Positions 63,390 through 64,000 of a DNA stretch of 64,000 bases are shown here, one piece after another. The notes under the pieces were generated by a model. That model searched no databases, had not been told where the DNA came from, and saw nothing but the letters and a program-made list of their open reading frames with translations. Made by a program: the position numbers and the translations under genes. Positions within the stretch are counted from its first letter, which is position 1. Each line of letters opens with the position of its first letter. The DNA lies in NCBI RefSeq assembly GCF_001194135.2, contig NC_068985.1:123749516-123813515 (forward strand), written 5' to 3'. This DNA is from Octopus bimaculoides. Its lineage: Eukaryota.

Positions 63390-63679
63390 GCACACATACA
63401 AACACATACACACACGCTAGTACACACATCAGGTGTACCGATAGTATTTCACTTTATTTAATATTTAGGGTGGGGCCGATAAACATAAGAGCAACAAAAC
63501 CCCTAACCCTAGCCCTAACCCCCGATGTGTCATAGCTAACCTCATTTCCCCATCGCACTCCGTCAACGCTTAATTACGATGAAAACTGCAGCATTTCCCT
63601 CTTCAGGATCGAACGCATTACACTTTTGTTTGCAGTTTTTTGAACTTTATTATTATTATTATTATTATCATTATTATTA

Positions 63680-63714
<35 letters not shown>

Positions 63715-63715
63715 T

Positions 63716-64000
63716 TATGTTTGACTTTTGTTTTGCATTTGTACAAGTTGGATCCAAGTCTCACCCAGAGACCTCAAGAGACAACAAGTTAGAAGTTCAT
63801 GTAGGTGTTATGCCTAGGGTACCATATATTTGGATTTGTACAGTTTTGTTCAAGTGAATGTTTAAGAAACCATAAGAAAATTATGTTTGCTTTAAAATTT
63901 GAGATCACATAGACAGTATTTTACGTAGGATATGGGCAGTTCCCATGAGCACTATCTTTTGGACTTCAGCCATTTTGGGGTTTCCTGGTATCTGAGCTAG
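63716..64000 (-). mobile_element. R4/Dong-type LINE 3' end with (TAA)n tail (63647-63715)
   Basis: LAQIPGNPKMAEVQK[frameshift]IVLMGTAHILRKILSM*; 3'UTR hairpin GTCTC-TGGGT-GAGAC; then TAA repeats. Confidence 0.88.

Overview
AT-rich, microsatellite-dense animal scaffold with 13 N-gaps. The SINE and LINE repertoire looks like an octopus/cephalopod genome; this is inferred from recognising the repeats, not from a search. I found no intact, confidently identifiable protein-coding gene, and nearly all ORFs in the supplied track are microsatellite or N-gap artefacts. The window is intergenic or intronic and is mostly decayed transposons: 8 R4/Dong-type LINE fragments, 2 Tx1/L1-type fragments, CR1 and RTE fragments, a Penelope-like GIY-YIG remnant, 2 mariner elements (one full-length with TIRs and TA duplication) and many tRNA-derived SINEs from at least four families. 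The leads most worth following are: a Penelope-type minimal hammerhead ribozyme with a non-canonical core (32113-32148) and related motifs, including a perfect 58-bp-arm palindrome built from a hammerhead 3' half (29367-29517); a disabled death-domain exon (25587-25827, minus); a SINE subfamily whose 3' tail matches the Tx1 3' end and forms head-to-tail arrays; an R4/Dong endonuclease fragment sitting in (CATA)n rather than (TAA)n; and a chimeric segment copied from local templates (2194-2370). Several weak exon candidates are listed at low confidence. Boundaries of decayed elements are approximate.
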